A stretch of DNA of 64,000 nt. It comes from Candidatus Rokuibacteriota bacterium. GTDB lineage: Bacteria; Methylomirabilota; Methylomirabilia; Rokubacteriales; CSP1-6. Both the position numbers and the translations under genes were made by a program. Within the stretch, counting starts at the first letter, position 1, and every line of letters begins with the position of its first letter. The stretch covers positions 11,866 to 75,865 of the forward strand of contig JACPIQ010000121.1 of the NCBI GenBank assembly GCA_016188005.1, given 5' to 3'. The notes below the pieces were generated by a model. It did not search any database. It was not told the DNA's origin and worked only from the letters and a program-made list of their open reading frames with translations. Positions 27,694 to 36,822 of this stretch are shown here, one piece after another.

Positions 27694-28562
27694 CACGATG
27701 TGCCCCGACGGCCCTCGCCCATCCCGCCCGGCGGGGCGGCGAGGCCGGCACGACCCAGGAGGAACGAGCGTTGGCGACGTACAAGGACATCTTCTACGAG
27801 AAGAAGGACCACGTGGCGCGCATCACAATCAACCGCCCGAAGCAGTACAACGCCTTCACGGGTGACACGCTGAAGGAGATGACGCTGGCCTTCGAGGCCG
27901 CCGGTGGGGACGGCGAGGTGGGGGTGGTCGTCCTCACCGGGACCGGGGAGAAGGCGTTCTCCGCCGGGGGCGACGTGAACTGGGAGAAGGAGGGCGGACT
28001 CGAGCGGCAGATCCTCGAGCCGTACTTGATGCACCAGACGGTGTCCCAGTGCCCGAAGCCCGTCATCGCCCGCGTCAACGGCTACTGCATCGGCGGGGCC
28101 AACCACCTGGCCTACTTCTGCGATTTCACCATTGCCGCCGAGCACGCCATCTTCGGCCAGAACGGGCCCCGGGTGGGCAGTCCCGCGTGCGGCGCCATCG
28201 TGAGCTACCTCACGCGAGTGATCGGCGCCAAGCGCGCGCGCGAGATGTGGATGCTCTCCCGCCGATACAGCGCGAAGCAGGCGCTGGAGATGGGGCTGAT
28301 CAACGCGGTGGTGCCGATGGACAGGCTCGACGAGGAAGTGGACAAGTGGTGTCAGGAGCTCCTGGCGCTGTCGCCCACGTGCTTGCGGATCCTCAAGGCA
28401 TCGTTCGTCGAGGAGTTCAGCTATCTCTCCGGACAGGGAGACCAGCTGCGGCGGTATCTGACCAACCGCGAGTTCTGGGAGGAGGAGCAGCAAGAGGGGG
28501 CGCGCGCGTTTCTCGAGAAGCGGCCTGCGGACTTCTCGAAGTTCCGCCGGGCGGACCGCTGA
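27690..28562 (+). CDS. Enoyl-CoA hydratase/isomerase (crotonase) family protein, MenB-like
   Basis: YKDIFYEKKDHVARITINRP...AFSAGGDV...GYCIGGANHLAYFCDFTIAAE. Confidence 0.8.
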   Translation: MTRCAPTALAHPARRGGEAGTTQEERALATYKDIFYEKKDHVARITINRPKQYNAFTGDTLKEMTLAFEAAGGDGEVGVVVLTGTGEKAFSAGGDVNWEKEGGLERQILEPYLMHQTVSQCPKPVIARVNGYCIGGANHLAYFCDFTIAAEHAIFGQNGPRVGSPACGAIVSYLTRVIGAKRAREMWMLSRRYSAKQALEMGLINAVVPMDRLDEEVDKWCQELLALSPTCLRILKASFVEEFSYLSGQGDQLRRYLTNREFWEEEQQEGARAFLEKRPADFSKFRRADR

Positions 28563-28610
28563 CGGACCAGGACAGGTGAGGACCCGAGGCGCGGGCAGGG
28601 AGCGACCCCG

Positions 28611-30005
28611 TTGACGAGCCGTGCGAGCTGGGACCAGGAGGTGGACGTGCTGGTGATCGGGGCCGGCGGCTGCGGGCTCGTCGCTGCCATCGCCGCCCAC
28701 GACGCCGGCGTGCCCGGGGTGGCCGTCGTCGAGAAGTCCCCGCGACTTCGCGGCGATACCTCGATGAGCACGGGCTCGGTGGCGGCCGCGGGCACCCGGT
28801 TCCAGCGGGCGGCGGGGATCGAGGACTCGGCGGAATCGATGCTCGAGGACTTCATGCGCCTGACTGGTCCCCACGAGATGAGCGGGCTCTGTCGCGTGCT
28901 CGTGCGGGAGTCGGCCGGCCTGGTCGAGTGGCTGGTGGACGAGGTCGGAGCGCGCCTGGAGATCATCACTGCGTATCGCCACGTCGGCCACTCCGTCCCG
29001 CGGCTGCATGGACCGAGATCGCGGCGAGGTCAGGACCTGGTCGATGATCTGCTGCGCGCGGCGGAGAAGCGCGGGATCCCCGTGGCGCTGGCGAACCCCG
29101 TGCAGGACCTGGTCGCGGATGAGGCGGGTGCCGTGATCGGCGCGGTGGTGCGCGGCGATCGCACGCGGGGGACGCGGATCGGCGCTCGCAAGGTCATCGT
29201 CGCGACCAACGGGTTCGGAGCCAATGCCGAGATGATGCGCACCTACTGCCCGGAGATGGCCGGTGCCCAGTACTTCGGGGCGGAGGGGAGCACCGGCGAG
29301 GCGGTGCTCTGGGGGCGCCAGGTGGGGGCTGGATTCGCGAACATGGCGGCCTACCTGGGGTACGCCGCCGTGGCGTACCCGCACGGCTCGCTGCTGTCGT
29401 GGACGACGATCGAGAAGGGAGGGGTCGTCGTGAACGCCCGCGGGGAGCGGTTCGGCGATGAGTCGGTGGGCTATTCGGGCTTCGCCGGCGCGGTCATGCG
29501 GCAGCCGGCCCCGACCTTCGCGATCTTCGACGAGCGCATCCGCGAGGTCGCGGCGCAGGAAGAGGAGTTCGGCAAGCTCCTCGAGATGGGCGGTGCCACG
29601 CGCGCCACGTCGATCGGCGGCCTGGCCGCCGCGACCGGGCTCGATGGAGAGGCGCTCGACGCGACCCTGCTGGCGTACAACCAGGCTGCGCGGGCCCGCA
29701 CGGCGGACCGCTTCAGCCGGTCCAGCTTCGGTCTGGCTCCTCTCGGGCCGCCCTACTTCAGCTGTCGGATCGTGCCTGGTCTGTTCAACACCCAGGGGGG
29801 CCTCACGGTCGACGCCGGGGGCCGCGTGCTACGCCCCGACGGGCACGCGATCCCCAACCTGCTGGCCGGCGGCGGTGCCGCCGCCGGCATCGCGGGGCAC
29901 ACCGGGGGCGCCGGCTACGCCTCGGGCAGCGGCCTGCTCGCTGCGCTCGGTGTGGGTCGGCTGGCCGGCCGCACAGCTGCGCGCGAGATCCAGGGCCGTG
30001 CCTGA
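28611..30005 (+). CDS. FAD-binding dehydrogenase (fumarate reductase / 3-ketosteroid-dehydrogenase-like flavoprotein)
   Basis: VDVLVIGAGGCGLVAAIAA...EKSPRLRGDTSMSTG. Paralog of the 12690 flavoprotein. Confidence 0.7.
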   Translation: MTSRASWDQEVDVLVIGAGGCGLVAAIAAHDAGVPGVAVVEKSPRLRGDTSMSTGSVAAAGTRFQRAAGIEDSAESMLEDFMRLTGPHEMSGLCRVLVRESAGLVEWLVDEVGARLEIITAYRHVGHSVPRLHGPRSRRGQDLVDDLLRAAEKRGIPVALANPVQDLVADEAGAVIGAVVRGDRTRGTRIGARKVIVATNGFGANAEMMRTYCPEMAGAQYFGAEGSTGEAVLWGRQVGAGFANMAAYLGYAAVAYPHGSLLSWTTIEKGGVVVNARGERFGDESVGYSGFAGAVMRQPAPTFAIFDERIREVAAQEEEFGKLLEMGGATRATSIGGLAAATGLDGEALDATLLAYNQAARARTADRFSRSSFGLAPLGPPYFSCRIVPGLFNTQGGLTVDAGGRVLRPDGHAIPNLLAGGGAAAGIAGHTGGAGYASGSGLLAALGVGRLAGRTAAREIQGRA

Positions 30006-30025
30006 CGGGACGAGGAGGCCTGTTC

Positions 30026-31195
30026 ATGACTAAGAGGGTCGCCATCGTCGGCACGGGAATGACGCCGTCGGGAACCAGCGCCATGCCCTCCTGGGACCTC
30101 TTCGCGACGGCGGCCAAGGAGGCGGTCGGAGAGGCGGGCCTGCCGCTCTCGCGCATCGAAGCCCTGCACCTCGGCAATGTCTACAGCGACTTCACCGAGG
30201 CGCAGACGAACATGGCGCCCAAGGTGCTGTCGGCCATGGGGGTCCAGAGCCTCATCCCCTGCGTCCGGTACGAGGCCGCCTGCGCGAGCGCGAGCATCGC
30301 GTTCCGCCAGGGGTATCTGAACATCCTCAGCGGCATGTACGATGTCGTGCTCGTCGGCGGGACCGAGCGCCTCCGGGCGGTGCCCGGCAGTGTCGTCCAG
30401 CAGGCCATGGCGACCTCCATGGATCTGACCGAGCGAAGCGCCGGGCTGACCTTCGCGGCCTACTGGGCCTACGTCGCCAGGGCGTACGCCCGAAAGCACG
30501 GGCTCACCGAGACGCGACTCCAGGAGCTCCTCGCGCATATCTCCGTGAAGAACCACTGCCACGGTGCCGTCAACGGGAAGGCTCACCTCCAGAGGGAGGT
30601 GACGCTCGAGGACGTCATGAGCAGCCCGCTGGTGGCGCCGCCGCTCCGGGTCATGGATTGCAGCCCGTTCTCTGACGGGGCGGCCGCGCTGGTGCTCGCC
30701 TCGGAGGACGCCGCCGCGCACTGCGCGAAGCCCATCTGGATCGCCGGATCAGGGCAGGCCTCCGGCGGCTTCGCGATCGCGGAGCACGCGGATCTCGCCG
30801 CCAACCCCGCCATCGGCAAGGCCGCCGCCGACGCGTACCGACAGGCGGGCCTGGGACCGGCCGATATCGATGTCGCGGAGGTGCACGATTGCGTGAACAT
30901 CCACGAGGTCGTGTGCCTCGAGAGCGCGGGGTTCTTCAAGGAGGGCGAGGGAATCCGCGCCGCAGAGGAGAGGCGGACCTACTTCGACGGAGATGTCCCC
31001 GTCAACCTGTCGGGTGGTCTCAAGGCGCGGGGCCATCCGGTCGGGGCGACGGGGGCCTATCAGCTCTGCGAGATCGCGCGCCTGCTGCGTGGAGACTTCC
31101 AGGGGAAGCAGGCCCGGGACCCGGAAGTCGGGCTCACCGTCAACGTGGGTGGGACCGGCACCGCGGTGACGGTGAACATACTGCGCAAGGGGTGA
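30026..31195 (+). CDS. Thiolase-like protein, SCP-x / lipid-transfer-protein type (pairs with DUF35)
   Basis: VAIVGTGMTPSG, with the catalytic Cys/His regions characteristic of nonspecific-LTP thiolases. Followed by a DUF35 gene. Confidence 0.8.
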   Translation: MTKRVAIVGTGMTPSGTSAMPSWDLFATAAKEAVGEAGLPLSRIEALHLGNVYSDFTEAQTNMAPKVLSAMGVQSLIPCVRYEAACASASIAFRQGYLNILSGMYDVVLVGGTERLRAVPGSVVQQAMATSMDLTERSAGLTFAAYWAYVARAYARKHGLTETRLQELLAHISVKNHCHGAVNGKAHLQREVTLEDVMSSPLVAPPLRVMDCSPFSDGAAALVLASEDAAAHCAKPIWIAGSGQASGGFAIAEHADLAANPAIGKAAADAYRQAGLGPADIDVAEVHDCVNIHEVVCLESAGFFKEGEGIRAAEERRTYFDGDVPVNLSGGLKARGHPVGATGAYQLCEIARLLRGDFQGKQARDPEVGLTVNVGGTGTAVTVNILRKG

Positions 31196-31202
31196 CCCGG
31201 TC

Positions 31203-31598
31203 ATGGCTCGAGTGTCGGACCAGCCTTTCTCTTATTGCTTCCGCTGCCGGACGTGTGCGTACACGAGCGCAGTGGTCAAAGCCGTCTGCCCGAGCTGCGG
31301 CACCAGCGGGGCGATGGCTCCGGAGGCCGCGACCGGCGGCCACGTCGTGGACTTCGTGCCCGTCCTGTACCCGCCGGAGAACCTGAAGGGCCTGGGACGC
31401 TACGTCAGCGTGCTCGTCAGGCTGGACAACGGCTGCCAGGTGTTCGGCGTGTTCCGGGGCGACCCGGAGCGCATCCGGGTCGGCACCCCGGTGGTCGTCT
31501 CGCAGGGCGACGCGGCCGAGAAGGTCCCGTTCTTCGACGTGGCCACACCGACGCCGGATGCCGAGACATGCTCCAGCAGAACTTCGCCTACCTCGTAG
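31203..31598 (+). CDS. Zn-ribbon + OB-fold (DUF35) protein, thiolase partner
   Basis: CxxC...CPSC zinc ribbon, then an OB-fold region. Position directly after the SCP-x thiolase. Confidence 0.7.
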   Translation: MARVSDQPFSYCFRCRTCAYTSAVVKAVCPSCGTSGAMAPEAATGGHVVDFVPVLYPPENLKGLGRYVSVLVRLDNGCQVFGVFRGDPERIRVGTPVVVSQGDAAEKVPFFDVATPTPDAETCSSRTSPTS

Positions 31599-33133
31599 AC
31601 AAGAGGCGGGAGGTGTGCGCGCAGGACGTCGCCGTGGTCGAGGCGCACAGCGGCAGGCGACACACCTACGACGACCTCTGCCGTCGCGCGCGCGCCCTCG
31701 CCGCCGGGTTGCAGGCTGAAGGGATCAGGCGGGGCGACTGCATCTGCTGTCTGACGGGCAACACCGTGGAGTACCTCCATCTCTTCCTGGCCGCCGCCCG
31801 GCTGGGTGCCATGGTGAGCCCGATCAACCACCGCCTGTCGTCATCGGACGCGGGGCGAATCCTCGCCGATGCCCGGCCCCGGGTCTTCGTGTTCGACCGA
31901 GCGCTCGACGGCCTGGCCAGGGAGCTCGTCGGTGACGGCAGCCAGTTCGGCAGGGTCCTCTCCTTCGGGGACGGCGACTCCCGCTGGGCCGACGACCTGG
32001 AGACGTGGGTGGCCCGGTACCCGGACGACGCCGGAGAGATCGCCGGCGATTCGGAGGACCCGCTGCTCCTGCTGTACACGGCTGGATCGACGGGGACGCC
32101 GAAGGGCGTGCCGCTCAGGCAGAGCCACCTCTTCTTCAACGCGATCAACTGGATCATCGATGTCGGCATCGGCAAGCGCGACTACGGCCTCACGGTGATC
32201 CCGCTCTTTCACATCGGCGGCCACATGCTGTGGACCCTGCCCCATCTCATCGTGGGGGGGCGGGTGCTCCTGCAGCGGCGGTTCGAGCCGGAGGAGACCT
32301 TGCGTCTCCTGTCGCAGGAGCGGATCACGAATGCCTTTCTCCTGCCGACGATGCTGAAGATGATGCTGGCCGTTCCGGGCTGGCGCGAGTACGACCTCGG
32401 CAGCCTCCGCTTCATCGGGGCCGGAGGCGAGCCCGTGCCGGAGCGGATCACGCGGGCATTCGCGGAGATCGGCATCCCGGTCCTGAACGCCTACGGTCTC
32501 ACGGAGACCTCGGACGGCACGACCGTGCTTCGGCCCGAGCACGCGGCCACGAAGCCCGCGAACTGCGTGGGCAAGCCGTTGACCATGGTGGATGTGCGGA
32601 TCGTCGACGGGGCGGGCCGGGACGTCGGACCCGGGGTCGAAGGCGAGCTGCTCCATCGGGGGCCGTCGGTCGTGGATGCGTACTGGAAGAAGCCCGAGGA
32701 GACCGGCAGGGCGTTCCGCGACGGCTGGTTCCGGACGGGCGACCGGGCGGTTCGCGACGAGGAAGGCTTCATTCATTTCCTGGGCCGAAAGGACGAGTTG
32801 ATCATCACGGGCGGTGAGAACGTGTATCCGGCCGAGGTGGAGGAAGCGATCCTGAGCCACCCGGGGGTCGCGGACGTGGCCGTCGTCGGCGTGCCCGACG
32901 AGCAGTGGGGGCAGACGATCAAGGCGATCATCGCGCCCAGGGGCGGCGTCACCCTGTCCGAAGGGGAGATCGCCGAGCACCTGAAGGGGAGACGGAGTCG
33001 CTTCAAGCGGCCGCGGATCGTCGAGTTCACGGACGCGTTGCCGAAGATGGGCAGTGGCAAGCTCGACCGTGTCAGGATCCGAGTGCTCTACGCGGCAGGC
33101 GCGGACGGGCGGACGCCGCCGTTGACGCCATGA
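31568..33133 (+). CDS. AMP-dependent acyl-CoA synthetase/ligase
   Basis: LLYTAGSTGTPKGV, YGLTETS, and C-terminal GKLDR. Confidence 0.85.
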   Translation: MLQQNFAYLVDKRREVCAQDVAVVEAHSGRRHTYDDLCRRARALAAGLQAEGIRRGDCICCLTGNTVEYLHLFLAAARLGAMVSPINHRLSSSDAGRILADARPRVFVFDRALDGLARELVGDGSQFGRVLSFGDGDSRWADDLETWVARYPDDAGEIAGDSEDPLLLLYTAGSTGTPKGVPLRQSHLFFNAINWIIDVGIGKRDYGLTVIPLFHIGGHMLWTLPHLIVGGRVLLQRRFEPEETLRLLSQERITNAFLLPTMLKMMLAVPGWREYDLGSLRFIGAGGEPVPERITRAFAEIGIPVLNAYGLTETSDGTTVLRPEHAATKPANCVGKPLTMVDVRIVDGAGRDVGPGVEGELLHRGPSVVDAYWKKPEETGRAFRDGWFRTGDRAVRDEEGFIHFLGRKDELIITGGENVYPAEVEEAILSHPGVADVAVVGVPDEQWGQTIKAIIAPRGGVTLSEGEIAEHLKGRRSRFKRPRIVEFTDALPKMGSGKLDRVRIRVLYAAGADGRTPPLTP

Positions 33134-33254
33134 CGGGCTGCCGCGCGCGCGAAGGCGTGGTCCGCATGCTTCTGACCACATATGACGTAGGCTGCGAGGA
33201 CGGGAACACGGGGACGGCGTGCCCCTCGGCCCGATCCTGGAAAGGCTCGATCGC

Positions 33255-34535
33255 ATGACGGCGAATCCGATGAAGCCCTGCGTGGCCGTGGTCAAGAGCG
33301 AGGACGTCGCCCTCGGGGTTCGGCGGGCCGTGGAGCATGTCGAGGCGGCGGAAGGGGTGCGCGTCCGGGGCACGGTGCTGGTGAAGCCCCTGTGGGACTA
33401 CTACTCGCTCGGCTGGGATGCCGGCCTGCGGGAGCCGCCAGCGGGCTGGAGCGAGGCAGGCGGCCTCTTCCAGCCGTACACGGACCCCCGGGTGGTCGCG
33501 GCCCTGGTGCGGCTCTTCCTGGAGCGCGGCGCCGCGCGAGTCGTCGTGGGCGACGGGCCGTTGCACGAGACCCCGGCCAGATGGTTTGCCGAGCGGACGG
33601 GCATGGACCGGGTGGTCAGGGAGGCCGGGGGGGAGCTCGCATACTTCGACGAGGAGCCCCTGGTCGAGGTCGCCGTGCCGGACGCGCGGGTCTTGCCGAC
33701 GATCCAGCTCCCCAGGGTGGCCCTCGAGTGCGACCTGTTCGTGAACGTTCCCAAGCTCAAGACACACCCGATGCACGGATTGACCGCCGGGTTCAGCAAC
33801 CTCTACGGCCTCCTGCCCCACGAGGAGAGGCATCGGATCCTGAAACAGCCGCAGTTCTCCTTCGCGATGATCGACGTGATGAAGCTGTTCCGGGAGAAGG
33901 CGCTGACGGTGGTGGATGCGGTGATTGCCATGGAGGGGGATGGGCCCCGGCTCGGCAATCCGGTCCGGATGGACGTGGTGCTGGCGGGGCGCGATCCCGT
34001 GGCCGCGGACACCATCGCGGCGATGGTGGCGGGCTTCGATCCGATCGAGGGTCCACTGGAGGTGATCCCCGCCGCACGGCATGCCGGGCTGGGCGTCGGG
34101 GACCCCGCGATGATCGAGATCAGGGGCGAGAGCGTCGCCGCAGTGGCCCGGCCGCTGGAGCGGACCGCGCACCCGTGGATCCACCCGAGCCCCAATGTGA
34201 AGACCTACGCCGGAGGGGACTCGTGCGGAGCCCGACCCTGGATCCAGTACACGCCGATGCCCTGGGAGATCGAGGCGGGGAAGCGATACGCGCTGGTGCT
34301 GGGCCGCACGCCGGCCGTCCCGAAGGACCTCGACGTCGATGAGGTGTGGGTGCTCGGGGATGTCACGCTGAAGTCGGTGAAGGTGAAGAGCCTCGAGGCC
34401 CGGGGCATCCGCGTCAGGGTCGTTCCCGGCTGCCCTCCCGCCCGGCTCAAGGAGTACCTCAGGCTCCACAAGTGGGAGTACCCTGTGGAGCAGGTGCGCT
34501 GCAAGTACGAGTGCTGCGCCTCGATGCGCGGCTGA
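33255..34535 (+). CDS. DUF362 domain protein with Cys-rich C-terminal extension (paralog 1)
   Basis: VLVKPLWDY...VVVGDGPLHET...DLFVNVPKLKTHPMHGLTAGFSNLYGL matches the DUF362 fold. C-terminal SCGARPW...PGCPP...CKYECC. Confidence 0.65.
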   Translation: MTANPMKPCVAVVKSEDVALGVRRAVEHVEAAEGVRVRGTVLVKPLWDYYSLGWDAGLREPPAGWSEAGGLFQPYTDPRVVAALVRLFLERGAARVVVGDGPLHETPARWFAERTGMDRVVREAGGELAYFDEEPLVEVAVPDARVLPTIQLPRVALECDLFVNVPKLKTHPMHGLTAGFSNLYGLLPHEERHRILKQPQFSFAMIDVMKLFREKALTVVDAVIAMEGDGPRLGNPVRMDVVLAGRDPVAADTIAAMVAGFDPIEGPLEVIPAARHAGLGVGDPAMIEIRGESVAAVARPLERTAHPWIHPSPNVKTYAGGDSCGARPWIQYTPMPWEIEAGKRYALVLGRTPAVPKDLDVDEVWVLGDVTLKSVKVKSLEARGIRVRVVPGCPPARLKEYLRLHKWEYPVEQVRCKYECCASMRG

Positions 34536-34575
34536 CGTCGGAGGCTCTGATGACTCACAGGGAGGATGGCGGGCG

Positions 34576-35886
34576 ATGACGAAGGAAGGGCTGACCGGGA
34601 AGTCCGTCGTGTCGATGGCGCAGGACGCCGACCCCCACCGCGCGGTGGCCGGCGCGCTGGACCTGATCGGCGGCGCAGGCCACCTCCTCCGGGGCGCCAG
34701 GACGGTGCTGATCAAGCCCAACGTCGGCTATTACTCGCTGGGCGTGGAGACCGGGCTCAAGACGCTCCCGGAAGGCTTCGACCCCGACGGGAACTTCCTG
34801 CCATCCACGGACAAGAGGGTGGTCGGAGCGCTCGTCCGGCTGTTCAAGGAGGCGGGGGCGGAGCGGGTGGTGGTGGCGGATGCGCCCGTGCACGAGACCG
34901 ACGGGGCATGGGTCTTCGCGCGCACCGGCCTGGCGGAGGCGGTCACCGCCGCGGGCGGCGAGATGCGCGACCTCGCGCTGGAGCCCAAGGTCAAGGTCGA
35001 GGTGCCGGGCGGGACGGTGCTCAAGACGATCAAGGTGCCGAAGGTGGTCATGGACGCCGACCTCTTCGTCAACGCTCCCAAGCTCAAGACCACGCGCGTC
35101 GGGCTCCTGACCCTCGCCTTCAAGAACATGTTCGGCGTCCTCCTGCACGAGGACCGCCACCCGTATCACCGTCTCCCGGAGCACTACTACGTCCTCGCCG
35201 ACCTGGTGAAGCTCGTGAAGGGCCGCGACCTGACCGTGGTCGACGCCGTGATCGCCATGGACGGCTACGGGCCGCGGTTCGGAGATCCGGTCCAGATGGA
35301 CCTCGTCATCGCCGGCCGCGACCCCGTGGCCACGGAGGCCGTCGCCTCCATGGTGGCGGGCTTCTCGCCCGCCGAAGGCCCCATCGAGGTGCTCCCGGTC
35401 GCCGAGCGCGAGGGCCTTGGAACCCGTGATCTCGCCGCGATCGAGGTGCGGGGCACGCAGATCCAGGAGGTGCGGCGGAGCTTCAAGCGGCCGCCGATGC
35501 CGTGGCTCCACCTGGACCCGCGGGTGAAGACCTACCCGGGAGGGACCTGCTGGGGGTGCGGGCTCTGGATGCAGTACAGCCCCATCCCCTCGGAGCTCGA
35601 GGACGGGCGACGCTACGCCCTCGTCACGGGCCAGGCCCCCGCCCTCCCGGACAGGCTCGACGCCGACGAGGTGTGGCTCCTGGGCAACTGCGCGATCGAG
35701 TCGGTGAGCATCGGAAAGCTGCGAAAGAAGGGGCACAAGGTGGTGTCCCTGCCTGGCTGCAACCCGTATCGCCTGGAGCCGTACCTCGAGGTTCACAAGT
35801 GGGAAGCGCCGTACTCGCCCGTGTGCCGCCATCCGTGCTGCCGGCCCGGCAAGGTCGAGAAGGAGCCCGCCTCGCCCCGCGCGTGA
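34576..35886 (+). CDS. DUF362 domain protein with Cys-rich C-terminal extension (paralog 2)
   Basis: VLIKPNVGY...VVVADAPVHETD...DLFVNAPKLKTTRVGLLTLAFKNMFGV. C-terminal CWGCGLW...PGCNP...CRHPCC. Roughly 45% identical to the upstream paralog. Confidence 0.65.
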   Translation: MTKEGLTGKSVVSMAQDADPHRAVAGALDLIGGAGHLLRGARTVLIKPNVGYYSLGVETGLKTLPEGFDPDGNFLPSTDKRVVGALVRLFKEAGAERVVVADAPVHETDGAWVFARTGLAEAVTAAGGEMRDLALEPKVKVEVPGGTVLKTIKVPKVVMDADLFVNAPKLKTTRVGLLTLAFKNMFGVLLHEDRHPYHRLPEHYYVLADLVKLVKGRDLTVVDAVIAMDGYGPRFGDPVQMDLVIAGRDPVATEAVASMVAGFSPAEGPIEVLPVAEREGLGTRDLAAIEVRGTQIQEVRRSFKRPPMPWLHLDPRVKTYPGGTCWGCGLWMQYSPIPSELEDGRRYALVTGQAPALPDRLDADEVWLLGNCAIESVSIGKLRKKGHKVVSLPGCNPYRLEPYLEVHKWEAPYSPVCRHPCCRPGKVEKEPASPRA

Positions 35887-35954
35887 CGGCACGGCGGCGG
35901 CGCGGGGGCTCCTGACCGGCGGACCGGAGGCGCCGCCTCGATGACCGCGCGGGG

Positions 35955-36620
35955 CTACCGGGCCCGAGGGCGGCGGTACTCGCGCGCCGAGGCGGGGAGA
36001 GCGATTCCTGCGGCCAGGCGCGGGTCCGGGACAGGCGGCTGGACCGCGAGCCGGAGAGGGAGCACTCCCGCCCAGCAAGGCAGCGCGTAGTCCTCCTCGT
36101 CGTCGAGCGGCGGGCCAGTCCGGATCTTCGCCGAGGCCTCGCTGATGGGCAGCCGCAAGACCATGGTGGCCCGCAGCTCCTTGACGCTCGGCTGGCGCAC
36201 CTCACGCCAGCGGCCGGGCAGCACGTGCTCGCTGACCGCCTCGAGGCCCTCCAGCCGCTCGGCCGGGTCCGTGACCTCGACGGCGGTACCGAGCACGACC
36301 ACCGAGCGGTAGTTCATCGAGTGGTGGTAGGCCGAGCGGGCCAGGACGAGCCCATCCAGGATCGTCACGGTCACGCAGACGGGAACTCCGTCTCGCAACG
36401 AGCGGAGCATGCGGCTGGCGGCCGAGCCGTGGAGGTAGAGCCGGTCTCCGATGCGCCCGTAGTTGGTGGGGATCACGTAGGGCTGCCCCTTCACCACGAA
36501 TGCCACGTGACAGACCAGGCCCTCGTCGAGGATGGCCTCGATGGTGGCCCGGTCGTAGGCCGCGCGCTCTGGCACCCGCCGTACCTGCGTCCGCTCGCTG
36601 GGAGCATTGGCCCCGGTCAT
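35955..36620 (-). CDS. Pyridoxamine 5'-phosphate oxidase-family FMN-binding protein
   Basis: Split-barrel PNPOx-like segment GLVCHVAFVVKGQPYVIPTNYGRIGDRLYLHGS. Confidence 0.7.
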   Translation of the reverse strand: MTGANAPSERTQVRRVPERAAYDRATIEAILDEGLVCHVAFVVKGQPYVIPTNYGRIGDRLYLHGSAASRMLRSLRDGVPVCVTVTILDGLVLARSAYHHSMNYRSVVVLGTAVEVTDPAERLEGLEAVSEHVLPGRWREVRQPSVKELRATMVLRLPISEASAKIRTGPPLDDEEDYALPCWAGVLPLRLAVQPPVPDPRLAAGIALPASAREYRRPRAR

Positions 36621-36822
36621 GTTCCTGGCTCCTCCTCTCGGAATGTCCCCCCGGCCCCCCGGCGATGAGGCCCGGGCCGGCCGGGTGGTCAACCCGAGCC
36701 TACTCGAACAATGGCCTTGACGGGAGGGCCACTTTCTGACAAACGATCGAGCGACTGGCTGCCGCGCTCGCCCCCGACGATCGAGACACCGAGAGGCCGT
36801 GACCGCCTGGACTGGAGCTGCC

